DNA of 64,000 nucleotides from an uncultured candidate division Zixibacteria bacterium (GCA_963668625.2 CAXXKA010000008.1:864001-928000), one strand, 5' to 3'. Shown: positions 49,693 to 59,320, numbered from the stretch's first letter. Made by a program: numbers and translations. The notes: a model not told the origin generated them from the letters alone.

Positions 49693-49895
49693 TCAGGTAG
49701 ATTTACATCAATCCTTTGAATAGATGTTCGTTCAATTTGCATCCATTATTGCAAATTGACTTTTTAAACCCGGACTGCTATACTTTTAAGATGAAAAGTG
49801 ATTGAATGACCAAACTAATCAAACTGGGAAAATTCGTTTTAAACTCATGAATAATATCAAAATTTAGCATATAATTGAGATTTGTAGGAGGATAA

Positions 49896-50933
49896 ATGCC
49901 CGCCCAAAAATCATCGACAAAGAAGGCTACCGGAAAGCGCAAATCGGAGATTCCCGATGACGTGTTGATGGGGCTATATACTAACCTGCTAAAAACCCGC
50001 CTCCTGGATGAGAAACTGCGCAAGTTGTTCCGTCAGGGACGATATGCCGGCACTTATTTTTCGGCGGTCGGGCAAGAGGCAACCACGGTCTGTCCCACAT
50101 ATGGGCTCCGTGATGAGGACATCATAGCACCATCACACCGCGAGATTGGCTCTGCCGTAGCTAAAGGCATCCCACTGGTGGAGATTATAGCCCAGGTGTA
50201 CGCCCGCAAGAACTCGCCCGACAAAGGCAAAACTCACCCCTGCCATTACGGCTCGCGCGCGAAAGGATTTATTTCGCCCTCCTCGACCCTTGCCAGTCAA
50301 GCCATCATAGGCACGGGCTGCGCGATGGGTTATAAAATTCAGAAAAAGGATAATGTCGTAATCGCCTTTTTCGGTGAGGGCTCGACGGCTAGAGGCGGTT
50401 GGCATGAGGCCGTGAACTATGCCGGCATTCACAAGCTGCCTATCGTATATATCTGCCAGAACAATCTCTGGGCCGAATCGGTACCGGCCAGTAGCTCGGC
50501 GGCCATTCAGTTTTTCTCCGATAGAGCCAAGGCTTACGGTTTCCCGGGTGTTACCGTGGATGGTAACGATTTTGTCGAGATGTATAAAGCCTCGCAAGAT
50601 GCCATAAAGCGCGCTCGTGAGGGCAAAGGTCCGACCCTGATCGAGGCGATGACCTACCGCTGGTACGGCCATTCCGAGATTGACCCGGCTGACTACCGAA
50701 CTCAGGAGGAGTTGAACTACTGGAAAGAGAAAGACCCGCTGGCACGCGCCGAGAATTATCTCCGCGAAAGAGATATTCTAACGGATGCCAGGCGTGAATC
50801 TATCATAGAGGAATGCACGCTTGAAATCGAGGAAGCGATCAAGGCTAACGAAAACGAGAAATACGCCGAGCCCGAGGAGGCTTACGAGGACGTGTATTCG
50901 AAGAATTTCCCGGTGAGGCGTGATGAGTACTGA
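49896..50933 (+). CDS. 2-oxoacid dehydrogenase E1 alpha (probably branched-chain type)
   Basis: GQEA, GEGSTARG..QNN TPP motif, VDGND, TYRWYGHS. Confidence 0.93.
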   Translation: MPAQKSSTKKATGKRKSEIPDDVLMGLYTNLLKTRLLDEKLRKLFRQGRYAGTYFSAVGQEATTVCPTYGLRDEDIIAPSHREIGSAVAKGIPLVEIIAQVYARKNSPDKGKTHPCHYGSRAKGFISPSSTLASQAIIGTGCAMGYKIQKKDNVVIAFFGEGSTARGGWHEAVNYAGIHKLPIVYICQNNLWAESVPASSSAAIQFFSDRAKAYGFPGVTVDGNDFVEMYKASQDAIKRAREGKGPTLIEAMTYRWYGHSEIDPADYRTQEELNYWKEKDPLARAENYLRERDILTDARRESIIEECTLEIEEAIKANENEKYAEPEEAYEDVYSKNFPVRRDEY

Positions 50934-51411
50934 TATACAGGGTAAGAAATCATCCGAATCCAGAATCGAGATGACCGAGCTGGTATTACCCAATGATGCC
51001 AACGTACTGGGCAACGCTTTAGGTGGCCGCGTAATGCATTGGATCGACCTGGCGGCGGCGACCGCGGCACACAAGCATTGCAATTCTATATGTGTAACCG
51101 CCTCGTTGGAACGTTTATCGTTTTTGAATCCTATAAAGGTAGGTCAATTGGCTCATCTGAAAGGCCGAGTTGTTTGTACGGGGAACACCTCGCTTATTAC
51201 CAAAGTGGATGTTTACTCGGAGGACATGGACACGGGCGAGGTCAAGATGACCTCCGAGGCGTATTTGATTTTTGTCTGCCTGGATAAAGACGGCAACAAG
51301 AAAAAAGTGCCCCCGGTGATTTTAGAAACGGAGGCGGAGAAAGCCGAATGCGCCCGGGCACAGGAGTTCAGGAAAAAAATACAACAAAATAAGAAGCAGG
51401 AGCGGAGATGA
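50923..51411 (+). CDS. Hotdog-fold acyl-CoA thioesterase (YciA-like)
   Basis: VLPNDAN..G..GGRVMHWIDLAA, VTAS, F..PIKVG. Confidence 0.93.
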   Translation: MSTDIQGKKSSESRIEMTELVLPNDANVLGNALGGRVMHWIDLAAATAAHKHCNSICVTASLERLSFLNPIKVGQLAHLKGRVVCTGNTSLITKVDVYSEDMDTGEVKMTSEAYLIFVCLDKDGNKKKVPPVILETEAEKAECARAQEFRKKIQQNKKQERR

Positions 51412-52391
51412 AGAAAACATCATACATCGATGCTATAAACCAGGCGATGCATGAGGAGATGGAGCGCGACGAAAAAGTCTTCATCATCGGCGAGGATGTC
51501 GGAGTCTACGGCGGCGTATTCAAGGCCACTAAAGGGCTTCTGGATAAATTCGGCCCGGAGCGCGTGATCGATTCGCCGATCTCCGAGGTATATATCGCCG
51601 GGGGAAGTGTTGGCGCGGCCATGGTCGGCATGAGACCTATCGCCGAAATTCAGTTCGCCGATTTCATAACCCCCTCCATGGATCAGCTTATTCAGCAGGC
51701 GGCCAAACTTCGCTACCGCACCGGCGGCCAGTGGACATGCCCGATGGTGGTACGTGTCTGCTGCGGCGGTGATGTCGGCGGCGGGCTTTATCATTCGCAA
51801 ATTAATGAGCAGTGGTTTTTCTCTCAACCCGGCCTGCAGGTAGTGCTGCCATCAACGGCCTATGATGCCAAAGGATTACTGAAATCCGCTATCCGAGGCG
51901 AGGATCCGGTGATATATTACGAGCACAAACGCCTCTATCGTTGGGTTAAAGAGGATTTACCCGAGGATGATTTCATGGTGCCTATAGGTAAAGCAGCGAT
52001 TCGTAAAGAGGGTAAGGACGTTACGCTCGTTTCCTACGGATTTATGGCCCATCGCTCTCTTCAAGCGATGGAGGAACTGGAAAAGGACGGAATATCGGTG
52101 GAGATGATCGATATGCGGACGATATCTCCATGGGATAGAGAGATGATACTGGGGTCAGTGAGGAAAACATCGAGAGTGGTGCTGGTACAGGAAAGCTCGA
52201 AAACAGGCGGCGTGATGGGTGAGATCGCCGCGACTATAGCCGAGGAGGTTTTCGACTACCTCGACGCTCCGGTGGCGCGCGTGTGTGGTTTGGATGTCCC
52301 GGCTATACCGTTTGCTCCCCCGATGGAGCATTTTTTCCTGCCCAACCCGGAGAAAATAGCCAGAGCCGTTAGGAAAGTAATGGAATACTAA
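51408..52391 (+). CDS. 2-oxoacid dehydrogenase E1 beta
   Basis: GEDVG..GGVF, DSPISE, AEIQFADF, YHSQ, EHKRLYR. Confidence 0.96.
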   Translation: MKKTSYIDAINQAMHEEMERDEKVFIIGEDVGVYGGVFKATKGLLDKFGPERVIDSPISEVYIAGGSVGAAMVGMRPIAEIQFADFITPSMDQLIQQAAKLRYRTGGQWTCPMVVRVCCGGDVGGGLYHSQINEQWFFSQPGLQVVLPSTAYDAKGLLKSAIRGEDPVIYYEHKRLYRWVKEDLPEDDFMVPIGKAAIRKEGKDVTLVSYGFMAHRSLQAMEELEKDGISVEMIDMRTISPWDREMILGSVRKTSRVVLVQESSKTGGVMGEIAATIAEEVFDYLDAPVARVCGLDVPAIPFAPPMEHFFLPNPEKIARAVRKVMEY

Positions 52392-52401
52392 GGAGATTGC
52401 T

Positions 52402-53682
52402 ATGGAATATAAAGTTGTAGTACCCCCGCTCGGGGAATCGGTAGTTGAAGGAACAATCGTAAAGTGGCTGAAAAACGAAGGTGAAAAAGTAAAAGTAGAT
52501 GAGCCTCTGGTTGAGATAATGACCGACAAGATCAATGTCGAGATACCCTCCGGACACGATGGCGTAATGCAAAAACACCTGGTCGCGCCCGATACGGTAG
52601 TCGAGATCGGCCAGGAGATAGCCATAATGGATGTCGAGGGCGAAGCCACCGAGGCCAAGACATTCCAGAAAGAGGCTGATGACGGCAAAGAGCATATCCC
52701 GCAGGAGCAGGAGGTTACTCCCCCGGCAGAGGATTTCGTCAAAGCCGCAGAACATCACCGCCACGAGGGCATTCACGCCGATGAGGACGCTATCGAATCC
52801 GGTATCAAGGCTGTCAAGTCCTCTCCGCTAGTGCGACGATTAGCCCGAGAGCATTTCATAGACCTGCGTAAAGTAACCGGCACCGGCAAAGATGGTCGCG
52901 TTTCCAAAGATGATGTTATCAAGTATATAGATATGCGTCACCGCGCCGATGTCGTGGTGCCCGATTTCACCTGGCCCGGCGAGGAGAAAGAGGAGGTCAT
53001 CAAGATTTCCGGCGTACGCAAGGTAATCTCCGAGCATATGACCAAATCGGCTTTCTCCATCCCGCATGTTACTACATTCGATGAGTGCGATATGAGCGAG
53101 CTTATTGCCTGGCGCAAAAAATACGTTAACGGTATCGAGGAGAAACACGGCGTACGTGTCACGTTCCTGCCGTTTATCGCCAAAGCCATTATTTTCGCCG
53201 CCAAGGATTTTCCCTGGATCAACGCCCATTTCAATGGTACCGAGATGCGGGTTAAACATTATTTCAATATAGGCATGGCGGTAGCCCGCGACAATTCGCT
53301 TATCGTGCCGGTGGTAAAACACTGCGAGCAGAAATCCATATTGGAAATCGCCAAGTCGATGAAGGATTTAGCCGATAAAGCCAATGCCGATACGCTCTCC
53401 ATGGATGAGATATCAGGCGGGACTATCACGATTACCAACGCCGGAGTGTACGGCGCGACAGGTTCCACCCCGATTATCGCTCATCCGCAAGTTGCGATTT
53501 TAGGCGTGCATACGATCAAGGAGAAACCGGTCGTAGTCGATGGCGAAATCGTAGCCCGGCCGATACTGAATTTCGGTATGAGCTTCGACCATCGAGTCGT
53601 AGATGGCGGCTACGCCGTGCAATTCCTGCGCAAGATGATCGAGTACCTGGAGGATCCGTCCAGTTGGCTTATTGATGTTTAA
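52402..53682 (+). CDS. Dihydrolipoamide acyltransferase E2
   Basis: Single lipoyl domain TDK; SPLVRRLA E3-binding domain; FDHRVVDG. Confidence 0.96.
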   Translation: MEYKVVVPPLGESVVEGTIVKWLKNEGEKVKVDEPLVEIMTDKINVEIPSGHDGVMQKHLVAPDTVVEIGQEIAIMDVEGEATEAKTFQKEADDGKEHIPQEQEVTPPAEDFVKAAEHHRHEGIHADEDAIESGIKAVKSSPLVRRLAREHFIDLRKVTGTGKDGRVSKDDVIKYIDMRHRADVVVPDFTWPGEEKEEVIKISGVRKVISEHMTKSAFSIPHVTTFDECDMSELIAWRKKYVNGIEEKHGVRVTFLPFIAKAIIFAAKDFPWINAHFNGTEMRVKHYFNIGMAVARDNSLIVPVVKHCEQKSILEIAKSMKDLADKANADTLSMDEISGGTITITNAGVYGATGSTPIIAHPQVAILGVHTIKEKPVVVDGEIVARPILNFGMSFDHRVVDGGYAVQFLRKMIEYLEDPSSWLIDV

Positions 53683-53701
53683 ATACGTTTGCATACTAAT
53701 C

Positions 53702-53725
53702 AGGGCGTTTTAAGACGCCCTTTTT
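53702..53725 (+). terminator. Terminator-like hairpin between E2 and E3
   Basis: AGGGCGT/ACGCCCT stem followed by a T-run. Confidence 0.65.
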
Positions 53726-53746
53726 CCATACTGAAAGGATTTTACG

Positions 53747-55144
53747 ATGGCTGATAAATATCAACTGGTGGTGATCGGAGCCGGCCCTGGCGGTTATGTC
53801 TCCGCTATCAGGGCGGCACAGCTTGGCCTGAAAACGGCGATTGTCGAGAAAGAATATCTCGGCGGTGTATGTCTCAACTGGGGATGTATTCCCTCTAAAG
53901 CTCTTTTATATGTCACCGAGCTAAAACGCACAATCGAACACGCCGAACGTCTGGGCATAAAGGCCGAGGGCGTAGAGATCGAGATCGATAAACTTAAAAA
54001 GCACAAAGATGACACGGTCAAACGCTTGACCGGCGGCGTTAAGGTACTTTTACAAAAAGCCGGCGTGGATATCATAAACGGCGAGGCCTCATTCGTCTCA
54101 AAAAACGAGATACAAGTTAATGACGGAGGTCAGAAAACCCCGGTGCAGTCGGAGAATTTCATTATCGCCACCGGCGCATCCCCGATGCAGATTCCGACTA
54201 TCAAAACCGATGGCGAGCTTATCTTAGGCGCGCGGGAGGCTATCGATATACCGTTCGTGCCTAAAAAGATGGGCGTTGTCGGGGCCGGCCCAATCGGCAC
54301 CGAGATGGCAACCGTGTACAGCAGCCTCGGCGCCGAGGTGACCATAATCGAGCTTATGGATGCCGTGTTACCGATGCTGGATAAAGACCTGTCTTCGGCC
54401 TCCGAACGAGCGCTTAAAAAACAGAAGATGGAGATACTGACCTCCTCGAAAGTTACCGGCTCGAAACGTACCCCCAAGAAAGTCGAGGTAACCGTAGAGA
54501 CACCTAAAGGCGAGCAACAGTACAAGTTCGATATGGTACTGGTCGCCGCCGGCATGGTGCCCAACACCGGTACGCTGGGACTGGATAAAGCCGGTATTAA
54601 AACCGATAAGCGAGGTTTCATCGAGGTGAACAACAAGATGCAGACCAGCCTACCGAATATCTATGCTATAGGTGATGTGGTCGGTGGTATACTACTGGCG
54701 CACAAAGCCTCGCACGAGGGTATCATCGCAGCCGAGAACGTTTCCGGTGCGGCTCATATCACCGATTGGAAATCGGTACCGTACGCGGTGTTTACCGATC
54801 CGGAGATCGCCGGTGTGGGTATGACCGAGAAAGAAGCTGTCGAAAAAGGCCACAAGGTGAAAGTCGGCAAATTCCCCTACCGTGCTATCGGCAAGGCAAT
54901 CGCCACGCTGGCCTCGGATGGTTTCACTAAAGTCATCGCCGATGCCGACACTGATGCCATACTGGGTATTCACATGTTCGGCCCGCATTCGGGAGATATC
55001 GTTTTCGCCGGTACGACACTGCTCGAGTTCGACGGAACAACCGAGGATTTAGGTCATCTGATGGCCATACATCCGACACTATCGGAGGCCATGATGGAGG
55101 CCGGTTTGGCCGCCAACAAGAAAGCGATACATATAGTTAATTAG
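53747..55144 (+). CDS. lpdA: Dihydrolipoamide dehydrogenase E3
   Basis: GAGPGGY, GGVCLNWGCIPSK, HPTLSE. Confidence 0.98.
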   Translation: MADKYQLVVIGAGPGGYVSAIRAAQLGLKTAIVEKEYLGGVCLNWGCIPSKALLYVTELKRTIEHAERLGIKAEGVEIEIDKLKKHKDDTVKRLTGGVKVLLQKAGVDIINGEASFVSKNEIQVNDGGQKTPVQSENFIIATGASPMQIPTIKTDGELILGAREAIDIPFVPKKMGVVGAGPIGTEMATVYSSLGAEVTIIELMDAVLPMLDKDLSSASERALKKQKMEILTSSKVTGSKRTPKKVEVTVETPKGEQQYKFDMVLVAAGMVPNTGTLGLDKAGIKTDKRGFIEVNNKMQTSLPNIYAIGDVVGGILLAHKASHEGIIAAENVSGAAHITDWKSVPYAVFTDPEIAGVGMTEKEAVEKGHKVKVGKFPYRAIGKAIATLASDGFTKVIADADTDAILGIHMFGPHSGDIVFAGTTLLEFDGTTEDLGHLMAIHPTLSEAMMEAGLAANKKAIHIVN

Positions 55145-55170
55145 AATCATTATTTGGCTTATAAATATTC

Positions 55171-55238
55171 GTAGAGGCGTTCGATCGAGCGCCTCTTTTC
55201 AGAATTTTTAATAAGCTGGCGGGAATTCTTTCCCGCCA
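55171..55238 (+). terminator. Two hairpins after lpdA (terminator and/or REP-like)
   Basis: GTAGAGGCGTTCGATCGAGCGCCTCTTTT and TGGCGGGAATTCTTTCCCGCCA. Confidence 0.7.
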
Positions 55239-55391
55239 AGTTTAATCCGGTAGTATTTCATCAGGAAAGTATAAACGGAAAACACCGCATATCATACGAT
55301 ACGGATAGTGGCCCTCATCAATAAACCCAACACTTTACAACTTGAAAACAAGATTTGCCGGATATGTCTGCACGATATTGATGATTAATCG

Positions 55392-56384
55392 TTATTTGAA
55401 AAAGTAACAGATACCGGCTTTGATATCGAAAATATATGAATATTGATGGCTACGCTCGCCATACGAATTATAGCCATAACCAACACTTACTATATCCAAA
55501 CTGACTCCCCCCTCGATACCCAGGTATTCCGATACCTTTTTCACGACTCCGAAACTTCCGGTAAGAAGAAACTTTGATTGCTTATCCGTGACTTTTTCGC
55601 TCCAGGTCTCATTGGTGCTAGTATTCTCAAAAAAAACCTCGAGTGAGGTAAGATGCTGTATAGCTCCAAATCCACCATAAAGGTACCACATGCTAAAGTC
55701 TTTGATGTTTTTATCGGTATGGCTGTAATACTCAACCGCGCATATATAACGAATCCCATGAAATTTAAGTTTGTGATCGGTAATTTCGTTATCGGGGAAG
55801 TTGGAATAAAGCTGAAGGTTGTCGTCGATACTCATTCCGGAGCGCGAGACGATAAACCGTAATGCCAAATGATGGTCGACTGCTAATCGGAAGTCACCCT
55901 CGAATCCTATTCCTGAGTTTATCCCCTCGTAGTAGTCACCTATCGGTATGCTATGAATCCCGGAAAACCTTATTGCGAAATTCCATATTTTCCATGGAGA
56001 TACCAGGTAACGATGAGGAATATCAGAATCGGGCACCGGAGTATTACTGCTGGTTAAATCAAAAAAAGGAATATCTTCCTCGCTTTTATCATCAATCTCC
56101 CCTGATCCGGATGAAACATCCCTTTTTTTCAAAACCTTATCAGTAATATCTTTATTATCGAGATCCAACACTTTCTCGATATGATCAAATCCTAGCTCAA
56201 TGATCCTGTCCTCGAGAGATATACGAATATTTTTATAGTAATTATTTGTATCATATTTAACATTTTCGAATTGCTCGCCATTCTTTAATATTATAGTACC
56301 CTGACTGGCCGCCAACGGGCTTAGTGATACAATAAATATAGCTAAGGTTAATACCAATTTTCCTATAGATTTAGAAATAGTCAT
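55392..56384 (-). CDS. Exported protein with probable outer-membrane beta-barrel C-domain
   Basis: Signal peptide; alternating beta strands; ends AGICYFFK. Confidence 0.6.
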   Translation of the reverse strand: MTISKSIGKLVLTLAIFIVSLSPLAASQGTIILKNGEQFENVKYDTNNYYKNIRISLEDRIIELGFDHIEKVLDLDNKDITDKVLKKRDVSSGSGEIDDKSEEDIPFFDLTSSNTPVPDSDIPHRYLVSPWKIWNFAIRFSGIHSIPIGDYYEGINSGIGFEGDFRLAVDHHLALRFIVSRSGMSIDDNLQLYSNFPDNEITDHKLKFHGIRYICAVEYYSHTDKNIKDFSMWYLYGGFGAIQHLTSLEVFFENTSTNETWSEKVTDKQSKFLLTGSFGVVKKVSEYLGIEGGVSLDIVSVGYGYNSYGERSHQYSYIFDIKAGICYFFK

Positions 56385-56422
56385 TAAAAACTCCTATGAT
56401 AAAAGTCTACTCCAAATTTCAG

Positions 56423-57436
56423 TTATCTGTTTGCTAACACAAAGTTAGGGAAATCTTCAAACACCCAATTATTTTTCAAGGTGTCATAGATTATTCCCAG
56501 TAATTTTCTGGCTGTGGCAATGATAGCCTTACCGCTGCCACGACGGTTTTTTATACGATTGTAATATTTACTCAAGTAATGGTTATATCGTATGGCAACA
56601 AGCGTACACTGCACCAGTGTAGTCCGACCAATCTTAGAACCACGCTTGGTAATCCGACCATGATGCTGAATCTCGTTTGAATTGGAAACTCGCGGCACTA
56701 CGCCAAAATATGAGGCCAATTTATCTTTGTCCGAAAAATCAGCAACATCACCAATTACCGAAAGCAACACTGTAGCTGATTTGCTGCCGATTCCTTTGAT
56801 GCTGGTCAGGTTCTTATGCCCGTTCAACTTGCGACCCTGATCCTCTATCTGTTTGTCCAGCTTTTTTATCCCCTCATTCAAACTGCGAATCTGATCAACC
56901 AATACCTCAAGCTCAACAGAAACAACCTCATCAAAATTCATCTTTAGAACCCGCTCCAAACTCTTGTTGCTGGAGTAGGCCTCCTTTTTACTCTTGATAC
57001 CATGATGATTGAGTATGTTGTGTATTTTATTCTTCAAAGCTGTACGTAACTTGACCAGCTTGTCCCGTGTCCCAACAAGTGAACTGATCTGCGCTTTATC
57101 TTTCGTCTTTAATCGGGCTTTCGGCAACATGTCTTTGCTCATAAAATAGGCTAAGTTCCTGGCATCGTTTTCATCCGTCTTACTGACTGATGATTTGATT
57201 ATCTCAAATTTGTTCGGATCGACGACAACAACTCGCTTGACCAAATGCGATATCTCATCAACGAAATAACGAGTGTTGCCAGTGGCCTCAACCGCTACAC
57301 AATCCGTCTTTTTTAATCCTCGTTTAAATTCCTTTAGATCCTTTAGCCGATACTCCTTGATCCTCTCCCGACCACCGGCTGTCAGGTAACACACGGTCAA
57401 ACTGTTTGTGTGAAGGTCTACTCCTAAGTACCTCAT
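56423..57436 (-). CDS. IS110 DEDD recombinase/transposase
   Basis: GVDLH, AVEATG, KTDENDA; IKGIG, YFGVVPRVSNS, AIIATARKL. Confidence 0.97.
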   Translation of the reverse strand: MRYLGVDLHTNSLTVCYLTAGGRERIKEYRLKDLKEFKRGLKKTDCVAVEATGNTRYFVDEISHLVKRVVVVDPNKFEIIKSSVSKTDENDARNLAYFMSKDMLPKARLKTKDKAQISSLVGTRDKLVKLRTALKNKIHNILNHHGIKSKKEAYSSNKSLERVLKMNFDEVVSVELEVLVDQIRSLNEGIKKLDKQIEDQGRKLNGHKNLTSIKGIGSKSATVLLSVIGDVADFSDKDKLASYFGVVPRVSNSNEIQHHGRITKRGSKIGRTTLVQCTLVAIRYNHYLSKYYNRIKNRRGSGKAIIATARKLLGIIYDTLKNNWVFEDFPNFVLANR

Positions 57437-57449
57437 CTTCTTGCTCCAT

Positions 57450-57658
57450 TCTATGGTTATCACTGGAGCAGACTCTCTGTCGGCGCCTACCAAACTCCTA
57501 TTCAAGGTCTTTGCCTTATGGTGGCAATTCGGTTACAGGTCTGATTAATCTCCTTTACGAGGTCTGGCCTCAAGCATTCAGTTCAGCCTATAACCTATCC
57601 GCTCCAGTTAGAAATTCATTACCGAAGCTCTAACACCAACAGAATAGATTAGCAAGAT
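57450..57658 (-). ncRNA. Putative bridge RNA in the IS110 left end
   Basis: Nested stems 57598-607/57463-72 and 57583-95/57531-44; two AGGAG-centred segments matching the junctions; ends approximate. Confidence 0.7.
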
Positions 57659-57688
57659 GCTTTTATCGTACCATCTCCTTTTTTTTAC

Positions 57689-57717
57689 ATAATATATTGC
57701 TATAAATGTTAAGGCAA
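57689..57717 (-). promoter_or_regulatory. Host sigma70-type promoter now reading into the IS110
   Basis: Minus strand TTGCCT-N17-TATTAT just upstream of the AAGGAG insertion site. Confidence 0.65.
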
Positions 57718-58063
57718 GGTGTTTTGCCGGTATTACACCGATACTGAAACCGGAGCTGAAACAAATATAATTCGATTACATTATCCTAATATAATGGAAA
57801 TAGTTAGCATATAGTATCAGATTAATATGCTAATGCGTTGATATAGTTTACTTAAGCAGGTGCTGAGAGAATATTAGATTGGGTGCAATGAGGTGTAACC
57901 GATAGTAAAGCTTATCGTATAGAGCAAGAAAACTTTACTCTTTTTTCTTTTTTAAGTGAAAAGTACTAATTTTTCGCCGATTAATTAAATGATCAATAAA
58001 TTTTAGAAACAAAATACCGTTAGCAATCGTTATGGCAAATTAACTTGTTAAGGAGGTTTGAAT

Positions 58064-58321
58064 ATGCCGAGCAAAACTGCTACAACCAAGAAGGCAGCTA
58101 CTAGAAAAAAAGCTACCTCTACTCGGAAAAAAACAACAACCTCAGCTAAAAAGAATACCAAAGACCAGAGGATGGTTTTAGGTAATCCCGGCGAATTAAA
58201 TACCAAAATCCGCCAGAAGGCTTACGAGATGTACCAGCAGCGCGGTGGATGGCATGGCGCTGATATGGAAGATTGGTTGAAAGCCGAGCGAGAGGTTAAA
58301 AGAACGCTGACTACAGCATAA
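58064..58321 (+). CDS. DUF2934 protein with Lys/Thr/Ala-rich basic N-tail
   Basis: IRQKAYEMYQQRG..HGADMEDWLKAERE; AAGGAGGT RBS. Confidence 0.88.
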   Translation: MPSKTATTKKAATRKKATSTRKKTTTSAKKNTKDQRMVLGNPGELNTKIRQKAYEMYQQRGGWHGADMEDWLKAEREVKRTLTTA

Positions 58322-58341
58322 AGTTGACAGGGTCGGGATAC

Positions 58342-59241
58342 TTACCGGCCCTTTTTTATTGTCAGTGAAACGAGCGCGTTTACAGCCTCGATCAAGGTTG
58401 ATATGATTCTCTGCACCAGAGCTATGACCAGTGCGATCTCGGCGGACATATAAGCCGAAAGCAGGGCTACCAACAAGGCTTCGCGCACACCGATACCACC
58501 GGGAATGAATACCGCCAGGTAGCCAATAGTCCAGGCCAGGGGCAGAAACGATATAACTGCGGCCGCATTCACCGCGTTAATCGGATGAACCGCCTGTATA
58601 AGCATATAAAGGCTCAATCCGTAAATCCCCCAGAATACCAGGTATATCACGAAATAGATAATAATCGAACTATAGCTGATATTTAACTCGATCGTATCTT
58701 TTTTTAATAACCTTGAGCCGTAATCAAGCACTTTCCGGAGTATTGACGGGTGTATGGCAATAAAAGCAAGAATCATTACCGATACCACCGGGATATGGAA
58801 TTCGGTATATTTTCGGCTGATCAGGAAATAAGCCAGCCCCCAGAACAAACCCGAGCCCTTGAAACAGACCTCATTTATTATCACAGCAGTCATCGAAAGG
58901 CGCTTGCCGATACCGTACTCGCCGGTATAATATACCATCCCCAGCACGCTCCATACCTTGCCGGGCAGGTATCTTCCGATAAACGATAGGTTGAATATCC
59001 TGAAAATTTCAGGCAGGTTGAATCGATATCCGGCAATTTTCGTAAAAAGCAGGCGAAATACTACAACCGGGCCGAACAACGCCAGCCAGGTAAGGATAAT
59101 AGAAATAATGAGATACCATATATTAATATGCCAGTCGAATCCGTTTAGTTTTGACCAGTTGACTGTCAAGTAGTAGGCCATGAAACCGAAAGCTAGGAGT
59201 ATATAGACATATTTCAGGATTGCCGAAAATTTCTTATTCAT
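58342..59241 (-). CDS. Lysylphosphatidylglycerol-synthase TM / flippase-like protein
   Basis: GRYLPGKVW, PGGIGVRE, ALVQR. Confidence 0.85.
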   Translation of the reverse strand: MNKKFSAILKYVYILLAFGFMAYYLTVNWSKLNGFDWHINIWYLIISIILTWLALFGPVVVFRLLFTKIAGYRFNLPEIFRIFNLSFIGRYLPGKVWSVLGMVYYTGEYGIGKRLSMTAVIINEVCFKGSGLFWGLAYFLISRKYTEFHIPVVSVMILAFIAIHPSILRKVLDYGSRLLKKDTIELNISYSSIIIYFVIYLVFWGIYGLSLYMLIQAVHPINAVNAAAVISFLPLAWTIGYLAVFIPGGIGVREALLVALLSAYMSAEIALVIALVQRIISTLIEAVNALVSLTIKKGR

Positions 59242-59320
59242 TAATCGTTCCTTAATGATATCCGGTATTGATTATAATCGATAGGATGCTTACATTCAAT
59301 AAAACAATGAGGGGATCGTA

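Larger units (their letters stand above)
56391..57674 (-). mobile_element. IS110-family insertion sequence (about 1284 bp), AGGAG at both junctions
   Basis: CTCCT at 56391-95 and 57675-79; no TIRs; removing the element restores AAAAGGAG-TTTTTA-ATG. Confidence 0.9.

Noticed and set aside
49240-49890. Small ORFs or an RNA gene in the 700-nt phoB-E1 spacer
   Set aside because: No RBS-supported ORF, tRNA cloverleaf or recognisable ncRNA; partly explained by the dispersed repeat
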